Shown in pieces: positions 38,966-49,353 of a DNA stretch of 64,000 nucleotides (within the stretch, counting starts at the first letter, position 1; the number at the start of each line of letters is the position of its first letter). A program made the position numbers and the translations under genes. The stretch spans positions 5,855 to 69,854 of IMG/VR virus record IMGVR_UViG_3300010354_006541; one strand, written 5' to 3'. This DNA is from a virus. The notes under the pieces are model-generated. The model was not told the DNA's origin. It saw only the letters and a list, made by a program, of their open reading frames with translations, and did no database searches.

Positions 38966-39576
38966 ACCTCGAACACCTACACTATTGGATGTGTGCTATC
39001 CGTGAAAGCAAAGATCCACTTCGTACCCTTGACGCCTTCTGGAAAGGACAGTTAAAAAGCAAAGAGTGGCTGATAGAGAATTTGGTATGTTACATCTATC
39101 CAGAGCGCAACAAAGAATTGAATTTTCCGTTAACTGTTGATATTCACGGCGGATGGGTAGGGGTGTTAGCCAGTATGTTATTCCAAAGTGCTATTCCTAT
39201 CAAACATATTCGCAGTATTGACATAGATCCTGAGTGCGAATCTGTGGCCACAATGATGAATAAAAAAGAAGAAATGGAAGGAAAGTTTCGTGCAGTAACC
39301 GCAGACATGTGTATGTTTCGTAGCGATGCTGATATTATTATTAATACAAGTTGTGAACATATAACGCAAGATAAGTATGACATATGGCTCAGCGGCCATC
39401 CTCAAAACAGCCTATTAGTCCTTCAAAGTAACGATTACAATATTCCAGAACATGTAAGGATTGCTAATTCTTTAGAAGAATTTATAGAACAATCGAATGT
39501 TGATGTGCTATGGGCCAGAGAATTAGAACTACCGTTGTATAAAAGATTTATGATCATAGGAAAGAAAAATGTTTGA
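38956..39576 (+). CDS. Class I SAM-dependent methyltransferase-like protein
   Basis: DIHGGWVG, SIDID, ADM, INTSCEH. Confidence 0.6.
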   Translation: MQIDLEHLHYWMCAIRESKDPLRTLDAFWKGQLKSKEWLIENLVCYIYPERNKELNFPLTVDIHGGWVGVLASMLFQSAIPIKHIRSIDIDPECESVATMMNKKEEMEGKFRAVTADMCMFRSDADIIINTSCEHITQDKYDIWLSGHPQNSLLVLQSNDYNIPEHVRIANSLEEFIEQSNVDVLWARELELPLYKRFMIIGKKNV

Positions 39577-40168
39577 AGAAATAAAATATCTAGAGTACCC
39601 AAAAATTTCTGTTTTCAGAAACGTACTTACGCCAGAAGAATGTAAACACTTTGTTGAAAAATATGATAATGCTATGAATCCTAACGCAGGATTAGAATCT
39701 AGAGAGCAGACCTACGGACAGATCACTGAAGAAGTTGAACAACGATCTATTAGCGAAAATACCGACCCCCTAGATAGAGAATTTTTCAAGCAGAAAATAG
39801 TAGAAATGATAGGAGTACCTATTTCTCACATTGAAGCAGGCGACATCTATAGATACAATACTAATCAATATTTCGGCCTACATCATGACTATCCTTACGA
39901 TACCAAAGTCGTTCCTTACTATGCAAAGGGGGGAGACCGTAAGGCTACAGCAATTTTTTGGTTGAACGAAGGCTATGAAGGTGGTAGGTGTACCTGGCCA
40001 GAGTTAAATGTTACAGTAGAGCCTGAGTTAGGCGGAGTAATGTATTTTGAATATGATTATCCGGATGAAAAGGTAAATTGGTCCACCATCCACGAATCAT
40101 TGCCCGTCACTAAAGGAATAAAATGGATCGCCGCCTTCTTTCTAGCCAACGGACCTAGAGTAGAATGA
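39569..40168 (+). CDS. Prolyl 4-hydroxylase-like Fe(II)/2OG oxygenase
   Basis: HHD, R.AT...LN...GG.T, H..LPV..G.KW. Confidence 0.85.
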   Translation: MFEEIKYLEYPKISVFRNVLTPEECKHFVEKYDNAMNPNAGLESREQTYGQITEEVEQRSISENTDPLDREFFKQKIVEMIGVPISHIEAGDIYRYNTNQYFGLHHDYPYDTKVVPYYAKGGDRKATAIFWLNEGYEGGRCTWPELNVTVEPELGGVMYFEYDYPDEKVNWSTIHESLPVTKGIKWIAAFFLANGPRVE

Positions 40169-40866
40169 ACATAGATAATTGGAAGCCTTTTTTCAAATTA
40201 GATGCTGCTGGGACTGAATGTATGTCGCAGCAAACTTACGAACCTTTGTTTAATCCCGAAGGTACTGTGTTTTGTGCTAATTATGACTGGCTTAACAAAT
40301 ATCAACGATTAGAGGATTCTATAAGGCCGCTTTACACCAAGGAGGCTGTGGATTATTTCTTTGATCAAGAAGTAAAATATATTTTAGAGTATAGAGATCA
40401 TTATTTTATGCCTAAACTTTTAGACATAGACTATCTCAAAAAAAGAATCTTTTTCCAATGGCATGGCGAAAGTTGTAATCATATGCTGTATGGCAGCAAG
40501 AATTTAGATTATGTTTGCCCTGATTGGAAAGAACAGATTAAAAATATTTTAGTAGATCTACACAAATCCGGAACGTACAAGTTAACCATGTACCCTCATT
40601 GTCATTTTATAGATACTGACGGAATCATGAAGTCAATAGACTGGTACGGTTGTATTCCTGTTAAAAATTATTGGGTAGATGCTGTATGGATGGATAGTAT
40701 TATTCATCATACAGCCAAGTTTAGATTAGAAGAAACCGGCGATATAATAGATGGAAAATATAATCTAGAACGAATGTTTAAAGGTTCTATGGGCAAACAT
40801 GTAGTATGGGGCGATCAGGATATGAAATATATCTACAAAGAAATTTTTGGAACAGACCCCGAATGA
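40165..40866 (+). CDS. Kinase-like fold protein (paralog of 50469-51164)
   Basis: F..EV.......P.L..ID, PDW.EQ, LH..G.YK....P, IDWY. Confidence 0.5.
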   Translation: MNIDNWKPFFKLDAAGTECMSQQTYEPLFNPEGTVFCANYDWLNKYQRLEDSIRPLYTKEAVDYFFDQEVKYILEYRDHYFMPKLLDIDYLKKRIFFQWHGESCNHMLYGSKNLDYVCPDWKEQIKNILVDLHKSGTYKLTMYPHCHFIDTDGIMKSIDWYGCIPVKNYWVDAVWMDSIIHHTAKFRLEETGDIIDGKYNLERMFKGSMGKHVVWGDQDMKYIYKEIFGTDPE

Positions 40867-41438
40867 CTATCTACATCGGTAATACTGGCGATCTGATTGA
40901 TTGGGATACAGTTATTAGAACTTGCCAGTCCAGAAACGACCCAGATGTTAATACCGTTACATCTGTAGTAGATCGTTCCGAAGCACAATTTCATACAGAT
41001 GAAAAGTTATTAGGATCCTACCACAATGTAATAGGTACGTGGCAAAAAGCAGGTTATAGATTAGATGATATCAGTTGGCTAGATTATTATCCTGGGCAGC
41101 ATTTTCCTTTAGAAGTTCAAACAATATTTTCTGAAATTATCAAGGCCAACCCATTAAGAGTCTTTATCAGCGAAGTATTTCCTGGAAAGATTATTCCTTA
41201 TCATTGGGATGTAGAGGATAAGGAAGAAGAATGGTTAGCGCAATACGGAATGCTTTATAGATACGTATGTTGTATAGACAAGCCAAGACCGGCTAGTGTT
41301 TTAGTTTTTGATAAAGAGGCATTATACTATAATAAGCAGGGAGATATCTTTCAATGGGACAGTTACAAAGATTATCACTCGGCAGCAAATGGTGGTGAGT
41401 TCCCTCAATACTATTTCCACTTTTTAGGTTATAAATGA
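40863..41438 (+). CDS. Fe(II)/2OG-type oxygenase (cupin/AspH-like)
   Basis: PG...PYHWD, YHSAANGG; start at ATGA overlap. Confidence 0.75.
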   Translation: MTIYIGNTGDLIDWDTVIRTCQSRNDPDVNTVTSVVDRSEAQFHTDEKLLGSYHNVIGTWQKAGYRLDDISWLDYYPGQHFPLEVQTIFSEIIKANPLRVFISEVFPGKIIPYHWDVEDKEEEWLAQYGMLYRYVCCIDKPRPASVLVFDKEALYYNKQGDIFQWDSYKDYHSAANGGEFPQYYFHFLGYK

Positions 41439-41977
41439 TCAAGCATATTGGAATATGTGATGTTATAGATTGGAATAATCTAATAAAACACTTAGAGAAT
41501 ACCTCTCCTACGTATGTTGGACCTAGTCACAAGGAAGGAGATCCTATACCTGGATTGAACGAAGTTACAGATATATGGAAACGTGCAAATTTTAAAACCG
41601 TACACGAGGGCGGCAATGTAGGTTGGGATATGTTTGTTTCTGGGGATAGTTTTAGTAAAGAGATACCTGAAAAATTTTGTGAGTTTGTAGGATTAACTTC
41701 ATATAACAGTTGCTGGATCAGTCGAATACATATAGGACATTTTAGTCCTTGGCATTGGGATGTTAATGACGACGAAGTTGAGTTATCTCTTAGAACGGAT
41801 ATAAGAAGGTTTCACTGCCATATTAGTCCACCTGCACATGGGCATATTTTAATAGTTGAAGATCAATGTTTCTATAATCAACAACAGGGATCAGTCTATG
41901 AGTGGCCTAGTAGAAAAAGTTGGCATGCTGGAATGAATTCAGGTTTGACCCCTAAGTATCTTTTTAATATTTGGTAA
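41435..41977 (+). CDS. Fe(II)/2OG-type oxygenase (tandem paralog)
   Basis: PWHWD, WHAGMNSG..PK. Confidence 0.75.
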   Translation: MIKHIGICDVIDWNNLIKHLENTSPTYVGPSHKEGDPIPGLNEVTDIWKRANFKTVHEGGNVGWDMFVSGDSFSKEIPEKFCEFVGLTSYNSCWISRIHIGHFSPWHWDVNDDEVELSLRTDIRRFHCHISPPAHGHILIVEDQCFYNQQQGSVYEWPSRKSWHAGMNSGLTPKYLFNIW

Positions 41978-41978
41978 T

Positions 41979-43004
41979 ATGTATCCTAACAATATCACAG
42001 ATCTTCATATAGAGTTAACTGACCGATGTCAGGCCAGTTGTCCTATGTGTGCTAGGAATGTAAATGGTGGGAAAGAAAGATCGTTCGTGGGGCAACACGA
42101 AATAAAATTAGATGTTTTTAAACAATGGTTTCCTGAAAACTTTTTAACTAGTTTAAAAAATTTTTATTCGTGCGGTAATTACGGAGATCCTATAATTGCA
42201 CAAGACTGTTTAGAGATACATGACTATGTAAGATCTGTGAATGATACATGCCATATTGGAATACACACTAACGGAAGTGCTAGAGACACCGGATGGTGGA
42301 AAGAACTTGCCGGCTCTTTAGGACAGAATCATATGTGTACTTTTGGTATAGACGGTTTTGAAAACAGTCATGTCTTATATCGAAGAGGAACTAATTGGAG
42401 AAAAATTATAGATAACGCTTCTGCATTTATTTCTGCAGGCGGCAAGGCATCTATAGATTGTTTAGTATTCAAACATAATCAAAAAGAATTAGATGAATTC
42501 AAGAAACAGATGTTAGATCTAGGATTTCTTAATATTAATTTTAAGTATACTAGAAGATTCTATGACATGCAGACATATCCTGTAGAAGATAAACAAGGAA
42601 ATATAGAATATTATCTAGAACCTGCTGTACAAGAATCTGTTGTAGAATTTTTACCTTTAGAAAAAATTAGTAAAGATATTTCATTATGGGAAAAGAAAGT
42701 TTCCGAAACCGCAATAGATCCTGCCTGTATTAAGAAAAAAGAAATTTATGTGGACAGTAGAGGAAATGTATTTCCCTGCTGCTGGATAGGTTCTGATTGG
42801 GTAGAACAACCTATCAAAGAGTCTTTACCTATACAAAAATTAAGAAACTTAGTAGTTCAAGATACCAAATTAAAATTTAAAGATTTAGGTGTACCGAATT
42901 TATCATTCAATAGTGTTTACGATTTACCATGGAATGATCTAAATAACGAACTACAGAGATTAAAACCCTGGACCTGTGTGAAGAATTGCAATGGAAGAAA
43001 ATGA
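41979..43004 (+). CDS. Radical SAM enzyme with SPASM/twitch domain
   Basis: CQASCPMC, HTNG, C....IYVD..G.V.PCC, C..NC. Confidence 0.92.
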   Translation: MYPNNITDLHIELTDRCQASCPMCARNVNGGKERSFVGQHEIKLDVFKQWFPENFLTSLKNFYSCGNYGDPIIAQDCLEIHDYVRSVNDTCHIGIHTNGSARDTGWWKELAGSLGQNHMCTFGIDGFENSHVLYRRGTNWRKIIDNASAFISAGGKASIDCLVFKHNQKELDEFKKQMLDLGFLNINFKYTRRFYDMQTYPVEDKQGNIEYYLEPAVQESVVEFLPLEKISKDISLWEKKVSETAIDPACIKKKEIYVDSRGNVFPCCWIGSDWVEQPIKESLPIQKLRNLVVQDTKLKFKDLGVPNLSFNSVYDLPWNDLNNELQRLKPWTCVKNCNGRK

Positions 43005-44409
43005 AATTTATTGGATGCAGTCTGGAACTACTAAGTTAGGATTGTGGCAAAACAAAATAGCAGAAGCAAGCGGAAGTAAAACATTTTGTATACTTCCTTG
43101 GATACATTTTGCTACTCGCCCTAACGGAGATATGCGTCTATGCTGCTCAGCAAATGCCAGCGGTGCAGGTAATGATCATACAGTAGGACTTGTAAAAAAC
43201 GAAAACGGAGTTCCTGCTAACTTCGGAAAAGAAACACCTATGAGCGCATGGAACAACGAATATATGAAATCAGTTCGTAGGATCATGTTAGAAGGAAACA
43301 TTCCTACAAGTTGTTCTAAGTGTTTTCAAGAAGAAGGCAAAGGTGTGGCCAGTAAACGTGTATGGGAAACCGGCACGTGGATGGAAGAAGGTATAGATAT
43401 CGACGACCTACTTACAAACACTCAAGAAGATGGTACTATTCCGGATAGATTAGTTTATTTAGATCTTAGATTGGGACATACCTGCAATTTAAAATGTGTT
43501 ATGTGTTCCCCACATGACAGCAGCCAATGGGTCGGGGATCACAAAAAGATATATCCTCTGTTTCAACACAAGGCCCTTCAACAACAGATGGCTTGGAACA
43601 GAAAAGATTTTAACAACTTTTGGCATGAAAATCCAGATTTCTGGGATGAGATGTACAAACAAATACCTAATCTCAAACAGGTATATTTTGCAGGTGGCGA
43701 ACCTTTAATGATCAGAGAACATAAAATGTTCTTAGAAGAAATTATCAGACAAGGATATGCAGATAAAATTTTAATTCGTTATAATACCAACGGATTGTTA
43801 GTAGATGAAGATATAATCGATCTTTGGACTAAGTTTAAAAAAGTCAAAGTAGGTTTTAGTATCGATGCTTGTAGCGATAGAAACTATTACATAAGATATC
43901 CCAGTGACTGGGCGACCATCGAAAAGAATCTGCACAGGCTAGATAACACACCAGCCAATATACATGTTAGTGTAGCCACTGCCATACAGATCTTAAACAT
44001 TAAACATTTACCAGATTTTGCTCGTTGGAAGATACAGCAGAACTTCAAGAAAGTAAATTTTGACAATGTTACAGGCGGAATACAGGCAGGTGGCGGTATC
44101 TTCAATATGCATCTGTTGTATATTCCTACTTTCCTTAGCATCAGATGTTTGCCGCCTGAGGATAAAGCAGAAGTAAGACGCAAGTTTGCAGAGTTCGCTA
44201 ATTGGCTGTATGTTAATTATAGACAGGACGAGGACTTCTGGAAAGTAAATCCATACGGATGGAAGCGATGGCAAGCGGTTTTAGATTTTATGGATGCGGA
44301 AGATCATACGCATTTACTTCCTGCATTTAAAGAGTACATCGATAGATTAGATCAACTAAGAAATACAAATTTTAAAAATGTATTTCCAGAATTACAACAT
44401 TTAACATGA
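42991..44409 (+). CDS. Radical SAM enzyme with N-terminal SPASM/twitch domain
   Basis: FCILPW..RLCC..WN...R..CSKC, then CNLKCVMC, AGGEP, NTNG. Confidence 0.92.
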   Translation: MEENEIYWMQSGTTKLGLWQNKIAEASGSKTFCILPWIHFATRPNGDMRLCCSANASGAGNDHTVGLVKNENGVPANFGKETPMSAWNNEYMKSVRRIMLEGNIPTSCSKCFQEEGKGVASKRVWETGTWMEEGIDIDDLLTNTQEDGTIPDRLVYLDLRLGHTCNLKCVMCSPHDSSQWVGDHKKIYPLFQHKALQQQMAWNRKDFNNFWHENPDFWDEMYKQIPNLKQVYFAGGEPLMIREHKMFLEEIIRQGYADKILIRYNTNGLLVDEDIIDLWTKFKKVKVGFSIDACSDRNYYIRYPSDWATIEKNLHRLDNTPANIHVSVATAIQILNIKHLPDFARWKIQQNFKKVNFDNVTGGIQAGGGIFNMHLLYIPTFLSIRCLPPEDKAEVRRKFAEFANWLYVNYRQDEDFWKVNPYGWKRWQAVLDFMDAEDHTHLLPAFKEYIDRLDQLRNTNFKNVFPELQHLT

Positions 44410-45389
44410 ACGAAATTATAAGAATAGATTCAAATGTTGATTCTAATTTTTTAAGAATAGAATTGTTTCTTAGCAATGTTTGTAATTATAAATGCTGGTA
44501 CTGTTTTCCTGGCAGTAATGAAGGAACACATAGGTGGCCGAATTTAGAACCGTTAACTAAAAATCTTTCATTTTTATTAAATTACTATAAAAATAATCAA
44601 AATAAAACAAAATTTTTATTACATATAATCGGCGGAGAGCCTACAGTATGGCCTAACATAGGGCCTTTTATTAAACACTTCAAAGATAACTTTGACGTTT
44701 TAGTGAGTATATCAACAAATGGTAGTAGAACACTACGATGGTGGGACGACAATGCACAGTTATTTGATCACGTAATGATTAGTTGCCATCATCAGTATGT
44801 TAATACTGATCATATAATATCAGTGGCAGATTTACTTTATAAAAAAAATATTAATCTTACAACTATGGTTTTGATGGATCCTCACAAATGGGATACATGT
44901 CTTGAAATAATTGATCAATTAAAATGCAGTAAGTACAGGTGGCCTATCACTGTGATAGAGGTATTTCATAAAACTATAACATATACTGACGATCAGAAGA
45001 AATTCATTTCTAGGTCATTAAAAAGAATACCAAATCTTTTTTATTGGTTTAGATCTAAAAAAATACCTGACACAAAATCTACTGTGGTATATGACAATTA
45101 CAAAAAAATTAAAGTTTCAAATAATTGGCTGTCTTTAAACGATCTAAATAGATTTAAAGATTGGAAATGTAATCTAGGAATAGATACATTTTTTATTAAC
45201 AAGGTCGGAGATCTACAAGGCGCCTGCGGCGAAAATCTATATGACTTAAACTACAAGTTTAATATATTAGATGAAAACTTCATAGAGAAATTCTCGCCTA
45301 CTATTCTTCCTACTACCTGCCACAAAGAAATTTGCTACTGCCAACCTGAAATTAATACAACAAAATATATTCCTATAACGCCTGTTTAG
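44406..45389 (+). CDS. Radical SAM enzyme
   Basis: CNYKCWYC, GGEPT, STNG, C.LG...GAC...C...C.C. Confidence 0.92.
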   Translation: MNEIIRIDSNVDSNFLRIELFLSNVCNYKCWYCFPGSNEGTHRWPNLEPLTKNLSFLLNYYKNNQNKTKFLLHIIGGEPTVWPNIGPFIKHFKDNFDVLVSISTNGSRTLRWWDDNAQLFDHVMISCHHQYVNTDHIISVADLLYKKNINLTTMVLMDPHKWDTCLEIIDQLKCSKYRWPITVIEVFHKTITYTDDQKKFISRSLKRIPNLFYWFRSKKIPDTKSTVVYDNYKKIKVSNNWLSLNDLNRFKDWKCNLGIDTFFINKVGDLQGACGENLYDLNYKFNILDENFIEKFSPTILPTTCHKEICYCQPEINTTKYIPITPV

Positions 45390-46266
45390 TTAACGGAATA
45401 TCAGCAGCACATGTACACCAATTTCTGGTACATATAATAGGATCTTTAGGAGCAGCAAACGTACCTTTGTATATGTTGCCTAGGCTACCGCCCACTCTAC
45501 AGGTAGCACGATGTACCTCGCCATCCCAATTAATCATAAGACTTTCAAGACCAGCATTACAAGTCCAACCTTTGAACTGATTCATATGTTGTTTAATTAC
45601 ATCATTGGCGTGAATGATCTGTTCGTCGTTTATACGACAATTAGGTTTCGCTGTAGCATCTTGCTCTAAGATCCATTCTAAGTCTTTCCCCTCATACCGA
45701 AGATCGTCAAATACGTTATGATCTCCTTCAGTCCAGCGTATACGACGAACAGCAAATTTAATTCCTATGTCTTTAAATGCTTTAACGACATTTCGAACAT
45801 GATCCATCTTATTATGGTGCGCCATTACGTTAACAAAAAATTCTCTTTCTGTGTTATCGTAATACTTCATAATTGTATCGACTATTCTAGTCCAATCATG
45901 TTCGAAATGCAAACTAAACACAAGATGGTTGAAATACATTTCATTTTCTAGATACCATCGATAGCCTCGTGTTCCGTTTGTTGTTATGTTAACCCAAAAA
46001 ATATTTTTGCGTTTAAAATAATCTAGTAGAGATTCTATGTCAGGGTGAACACAAGGCTCACCGCCTGTAAGACTGATCCTTAATGGCTTATCCAGTTCGC
46101 AGAGTCTGTCAACAGCCGATTCTAAAATATTAATATCGGTATGAGGACTAAAATTATCATGTATTTCTGATGGACAGTAACTACAGTCGTAGTTGCAACG
46201 TTTTCCAATATTCCATTCTACTTTAACCTGATCTTGATGTGGCCATACTGAAGTTATCTTATGCAT
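45373..46266 (-). CDS. Radical SAM enzyme
   Basis: CNYDCSYC, TGGEP, TTNG, C.AG...ATC...C...CTC. Confidence 0.92.
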   Translation of the reverse strand: MHKITSVWPHQDQVKVEWNIGKRCNYDCSYCPSEIHDNFSPHTDINILESAVDRLCELDKPLRISLTGGEPCVHPDIESLLDYFKRKNIFWVNITTNGTRGYRWYLENEMYFNHLVFSLHFEHDWTRIVDTIMKYYDNTEREFFVNVMAHHNKMDHVRNVVKAFKDIGIKFAVRRIRWTEGDHNVFDDLRYEGKDLEWILEQDATAKPNCRINDEQIIHANDVIKQHMNQFKGWTCNAGLESLMINWDGEVHRATCRVGGSLGNIYKGTFAAPKDPIICTRNWCTCAADIPLTKQAL

Positions 46267-47524
46267 AGGCAGCAAACTCCGGAACAGCATCGAGCAAACT
46301 TTGATTTCTTGTTATGTCTAATTTACGATTAAAGTCTAAGAATTCTAACCATAAATGGCTTTGGTCTTTGGCGTTAAGATAGTTAATGTTGTCCTTGATC
46401 TGTTGTCTTGTTATTTTTTCTAACAACGCATTCTCAGTTATAGCAGGAAAACTAAACAGTCGTTGTTCGACTGATTTTAATCTATTAATTGCTTCTTCTT
46501 TTAAGGGTTGAGGTAAAACCTGAGCAGATAATACATTGGGATAACTCACACGATGACTATAGAATACTATGCCCATTTCATTGATAAAATAATCGATGCA
46601 CTCAGCGGCTTGTAATATGTTTCCGGCCTGTGCGGTAAATGCTCCTACTATTCTACTAATGTTAGGCAATGATTTTATTTCTTTGATATTTTTTTCAACT
46701 TCGCTAAAATTACTGTTACTGCGAATGTAATTGTAAACATCGTGAATGCCGTCAATAGAGACGTTAACGGCAATGCTTCTAAAATGTGGCCAATAGTCAT
46801 GTATGGTTCTTCCTTTGCTTATGCCCAACGTGGTTCCGTTTGTTGCATATTTTAATTCAATATTCTTACCATAGGGTTTAAGCATGTCTAGTATCTTATA
46901 ATGCTGAGGATCCATTAGAGGCTCCCCGCCAGCAAATTCTACTCTACGGAAATAAGGAATTAATTTTTCAAAATCTTTCCACCAGTTATCTGTATTGTCA
47001 AAAGGTCCTATATATTGACCCGGAACTCTTACCAGTTTAGAAACTGTAGGAACTAGATAATTATTTTCTTTTTCGTAGAACGGTTTAACTTCGTCCCAAT
47101 CTTTCCAACTAGTACTATCTAAAGGATTGCACATTCTACATTTAAGATTGCAAAGATTGTTCAATTTGATTTCCATCGTTGGAAATTCAAAAGGCATAGT
47201 GTAGTTTTCAGTTAACTGGTCTAAGGCATTTGGATATAGATTAATACGTGCCTCAGGAATAACACCATTAATATGTCGTTGACGTAAACTCTCAACACCT
47301 TGGTCTTCTAAATCGAAGCAGGGTTTACAAACTTCAGGACGTTCGTTGTTAAGTATCTGCTTGCGAACATTTTTCATAGTTTCGTTGTTCCATACAGACT
47401 CTAAACTTTCTTCTTGAATCCAACCTATAGGAAGGCTACGGCAACAAATTTTAATTGCACCATCTTCTCTGGTTGCCAACCCTGTAAAAGGGTGCATACA
47501 AAATGTTTTACTTTGATTGTTCAA
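46259..47524 (-). CDS. Radical SAM enzyme with N-terminal SPASM/twitch domain
   Basis: FCMHPF..KICC..WN..CKPC, then CNLKCRMC, AGGEP, ATNG. Confidence 0.92.
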   Translation of the reverse strand: MNNQSKTFCMHPFTGLATREDGAIKICCRSLPIGWIQEESLESVWNNETMKNVRKQILNNERPEVCKPCFDLEDQGVESLRQRHINGVIPEARINLYPNALDQLTENYTMPFEFPTMEIKLNNLCNLKCRMCNPLDSTSWKDWDEVKPFYEKENNYLVPTVSKLVRVPGQYIGPFDNTDNWWKDFEKLIPYFRRVEFAGGEPLMDPQHYKILDMLKPYGKNIELKYATNGTTLGISKGRTIHDYWPHFRSIAVNVSIDGIHDVYNYIRSNSNFSEVEKNIKEIKSLPNISRIVGAFTAQAGNILQAAECIDYFINEMGIVFYSHRVSYPNVLSAQVLPQPLKEEAINRLKSVEQRLFSFPAITENALLEKITRQQIKDNINYLNAKDQSHLWLEFLDFNRKLDITRNQSLLDAVPEFAAYA

Positions 47525-48188
47525 TGGCCCACGACCTTTCTTTGCACCAGAAGCAGTTTTCGCAAATGGGAATATTCTGTCCCGGTAAGTATGTTTTATA
47601 ATTTATACCCTCGAATTCACCTTCACAACTTCTTGTAATTTTTAACAAGTCTAAAATATCATTCTTATAATACTGATTAATGATCCAATCTTTTTTAGTA
47701 TTAACAAATGGATGACAGATAGCAACACCGTCGTGTAGAAAATATGGAGGGATGTGTCCCTGATTACGATCTTCTAATGCACCTTGTATTTCTATATCCG
47801 GATTCTGATTGATACCTCCATACAACGCATCTAATTTATATTTGTGCGCTATGTACTCGTTGTGTGATCGTAATATGATTTGATTACCGCTTTTTAGTTT
47901 GCCATACTCGTCTATAATATTTGGACCTTTATCAGCCCATTCTAGTTCAGGCGGTATTAAATTTCTATGAACAAAAAATTTATTTTTAAATCGAGTTTTA
48001 AACCAATCGATAACTTGATCGGCTACATATTCCTGCCAAGGCCTCGTTTTCCATAATCTTATTTGATTGGTAAAATGGATTTCTGCGGTGGTACTAGAAC
48101 ATATTAGATACGAAAGTAAAGCACTATCTGCTCCACCGCTAATACTAATGCCAATTTTAGTCCATTCTGGTCTTAGGTAAAGTTCCAT
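47508..48188 (-). CDS. QueC-like PP-loop ATPase (adenine nucleotide alpha-hydrolase)
   Basis: SISGGADS, PF...K, TRSC...CENCFWCKER; start from TAAATA-N5-ATG. Confidence 0.7.
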   Translation of the reverse strand: MELYLRPEWTKIGISISGGADSALLSYLICSSTTAEIHFTNQIRLWKTRPWQEYVADQVIDWFKTRFKNKFFVHRNLIPPELEWADKGPNIIDEYGKLKSGNQIILRSHNEYIAHKYKLDALYGGINQNPDIEIQGALEDRNQGHIPPYFLHDGVAICHPFVNTKKDWIINQYYKNDILDLLKITRSCEGEFEGINYKTYLPGQNIPICENCFWCKERSWAIEQSK

Positions 48189-48227
48189 GAATATATTTAA
48201 TCCATTATAGTAGCATATAAATATTTC

Positions 48228-48899
48228 ATGATTTCCGAAACCGAATACTGTGTTGATTCTAATATCATCGAACTCGCCAGGCAAGAGTTAAAAAACTTTG
48301 AAGGTAAGACTGCTCTTAATCAGCCAACAGGAAATTTTTTCTATGATCCGTGGGTCATAAAGGATCAATTTAAAAAAACTGTTTGGGAAGAAATACTTTC
48401 AACATTAAACTTCGATCACGGAGAGGCTAGAATAATTGTCTTAGCCCCAGGCGAAAGTTACATGGCACATGCAGATATTGACGATCGATATCATTTAAAT
48501 TTGCAGGGGAACTATAGTTTCTTAATAGATGTTTTGAATCAACATATGTATCCTACAGTTTCCGATAACAGGTGGTATGAAATGAATGCTGGACAGATTC
48601 ATGCTGCTACCAATTATGGAGAAACGATCAGGGCTCAACTTGTGGTAAGAAAACTATTAGTCCGGACACAATTAGATAAATTTGTACATATTTCGATTAC
48701 TCCGGCAAGTGAACGTTATGATTATAGGTATAGGTTTGATAATGATATCAGTCCATGGTTGAATTCTATGAATAAGTTGAATAAAATAAACAATTTTCAA
48801 TTTAGTAATGCTTCAGTAGAATTTGATGCCGCCGAAGAATTAATTTATGATCTTGTAAATTTTGATAAAAATATATTTGCTATAACTTATGAATTTTAA
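48228..48899 (+). CDS. Aspartyl/asparaginyl beta-hydroxylase-like oxygenase
   Basis: RI..L.PG..Y..HAD..DRYH, H.A.N.G...R..LV. Confidence 0.78.
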   Translation: MISETEYCVDSNIIELARQELKNFEGKTALNQPTGNFFYDPWVIKDQFKKTVWEEILSTLNFDHGEARIIVLAPGESYMAHADIDDRYHLNLQGNYSFLIDVLNQHMYPTVSDNRWYEMNAGQIHAATNYGETIRAQLVVRKLLVRTQLDKFVHISITPASERYDYRYRFDNDISPWLNSMNKLNKINNFQFSNASVEFDAAEELIYDLVNFDKNIFAITYEF

Positions 48900-49353
48900 A
48901 TGCGTAATTACTGGCGATACTAGAGGTATAGGAAAAACTTTCAAAGATCATTTTTTATCTAAGGGTTGGGAAGTTATAGGTTTTAATAGCAAGACAGGTC
49001 TAGAGAAAGTTGTTGATGCGGCAGTGGGTTGTGATCTTTTTATCAATAATGCTTATGCAGACGGTATTCAGATAAAATTTCTTAATCAATTATACAATAG
49101 TGTCGGAAAGATGATTGTATGTGGAAGTGTTGCAGCATTTTATCCTGATCCTAAATTACCTGTTTATACATATCATAAAAAAGAATTAGCAGAAAGAGTA
49201 AAAGAATTAGCCAGATCGAATATCTTGATGCTACATCTTAGTGCCAAGGGTTATAATAATAAAGAAGCATTGATAAAAATTATTGATCTATGGCTAGAAT
49301 TTCCAATAATAAATGAAGTGTCTTTTGATCCTACAGGAAAACCAAATGAATAA
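48889..49353 (+). CDS. Short SDR oxidoreductase
   Basis: ITGDTRGIG, INNA, YTYHK. Confidence 0.75.
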   Translation: MNFKCVITGDTRGIGKTFKDHFLSKGWEVIGFNSKTGLEKVVDAAVGCDLFINNAYADGIQIKFLNQLYNSVGKMIVCGSVAAFYPDPKLPVYTYHKKELAERVKELARSNILMLHLSAKGYNNKEALIKIIDLWLEFPIINEVSFDPTGKPNE

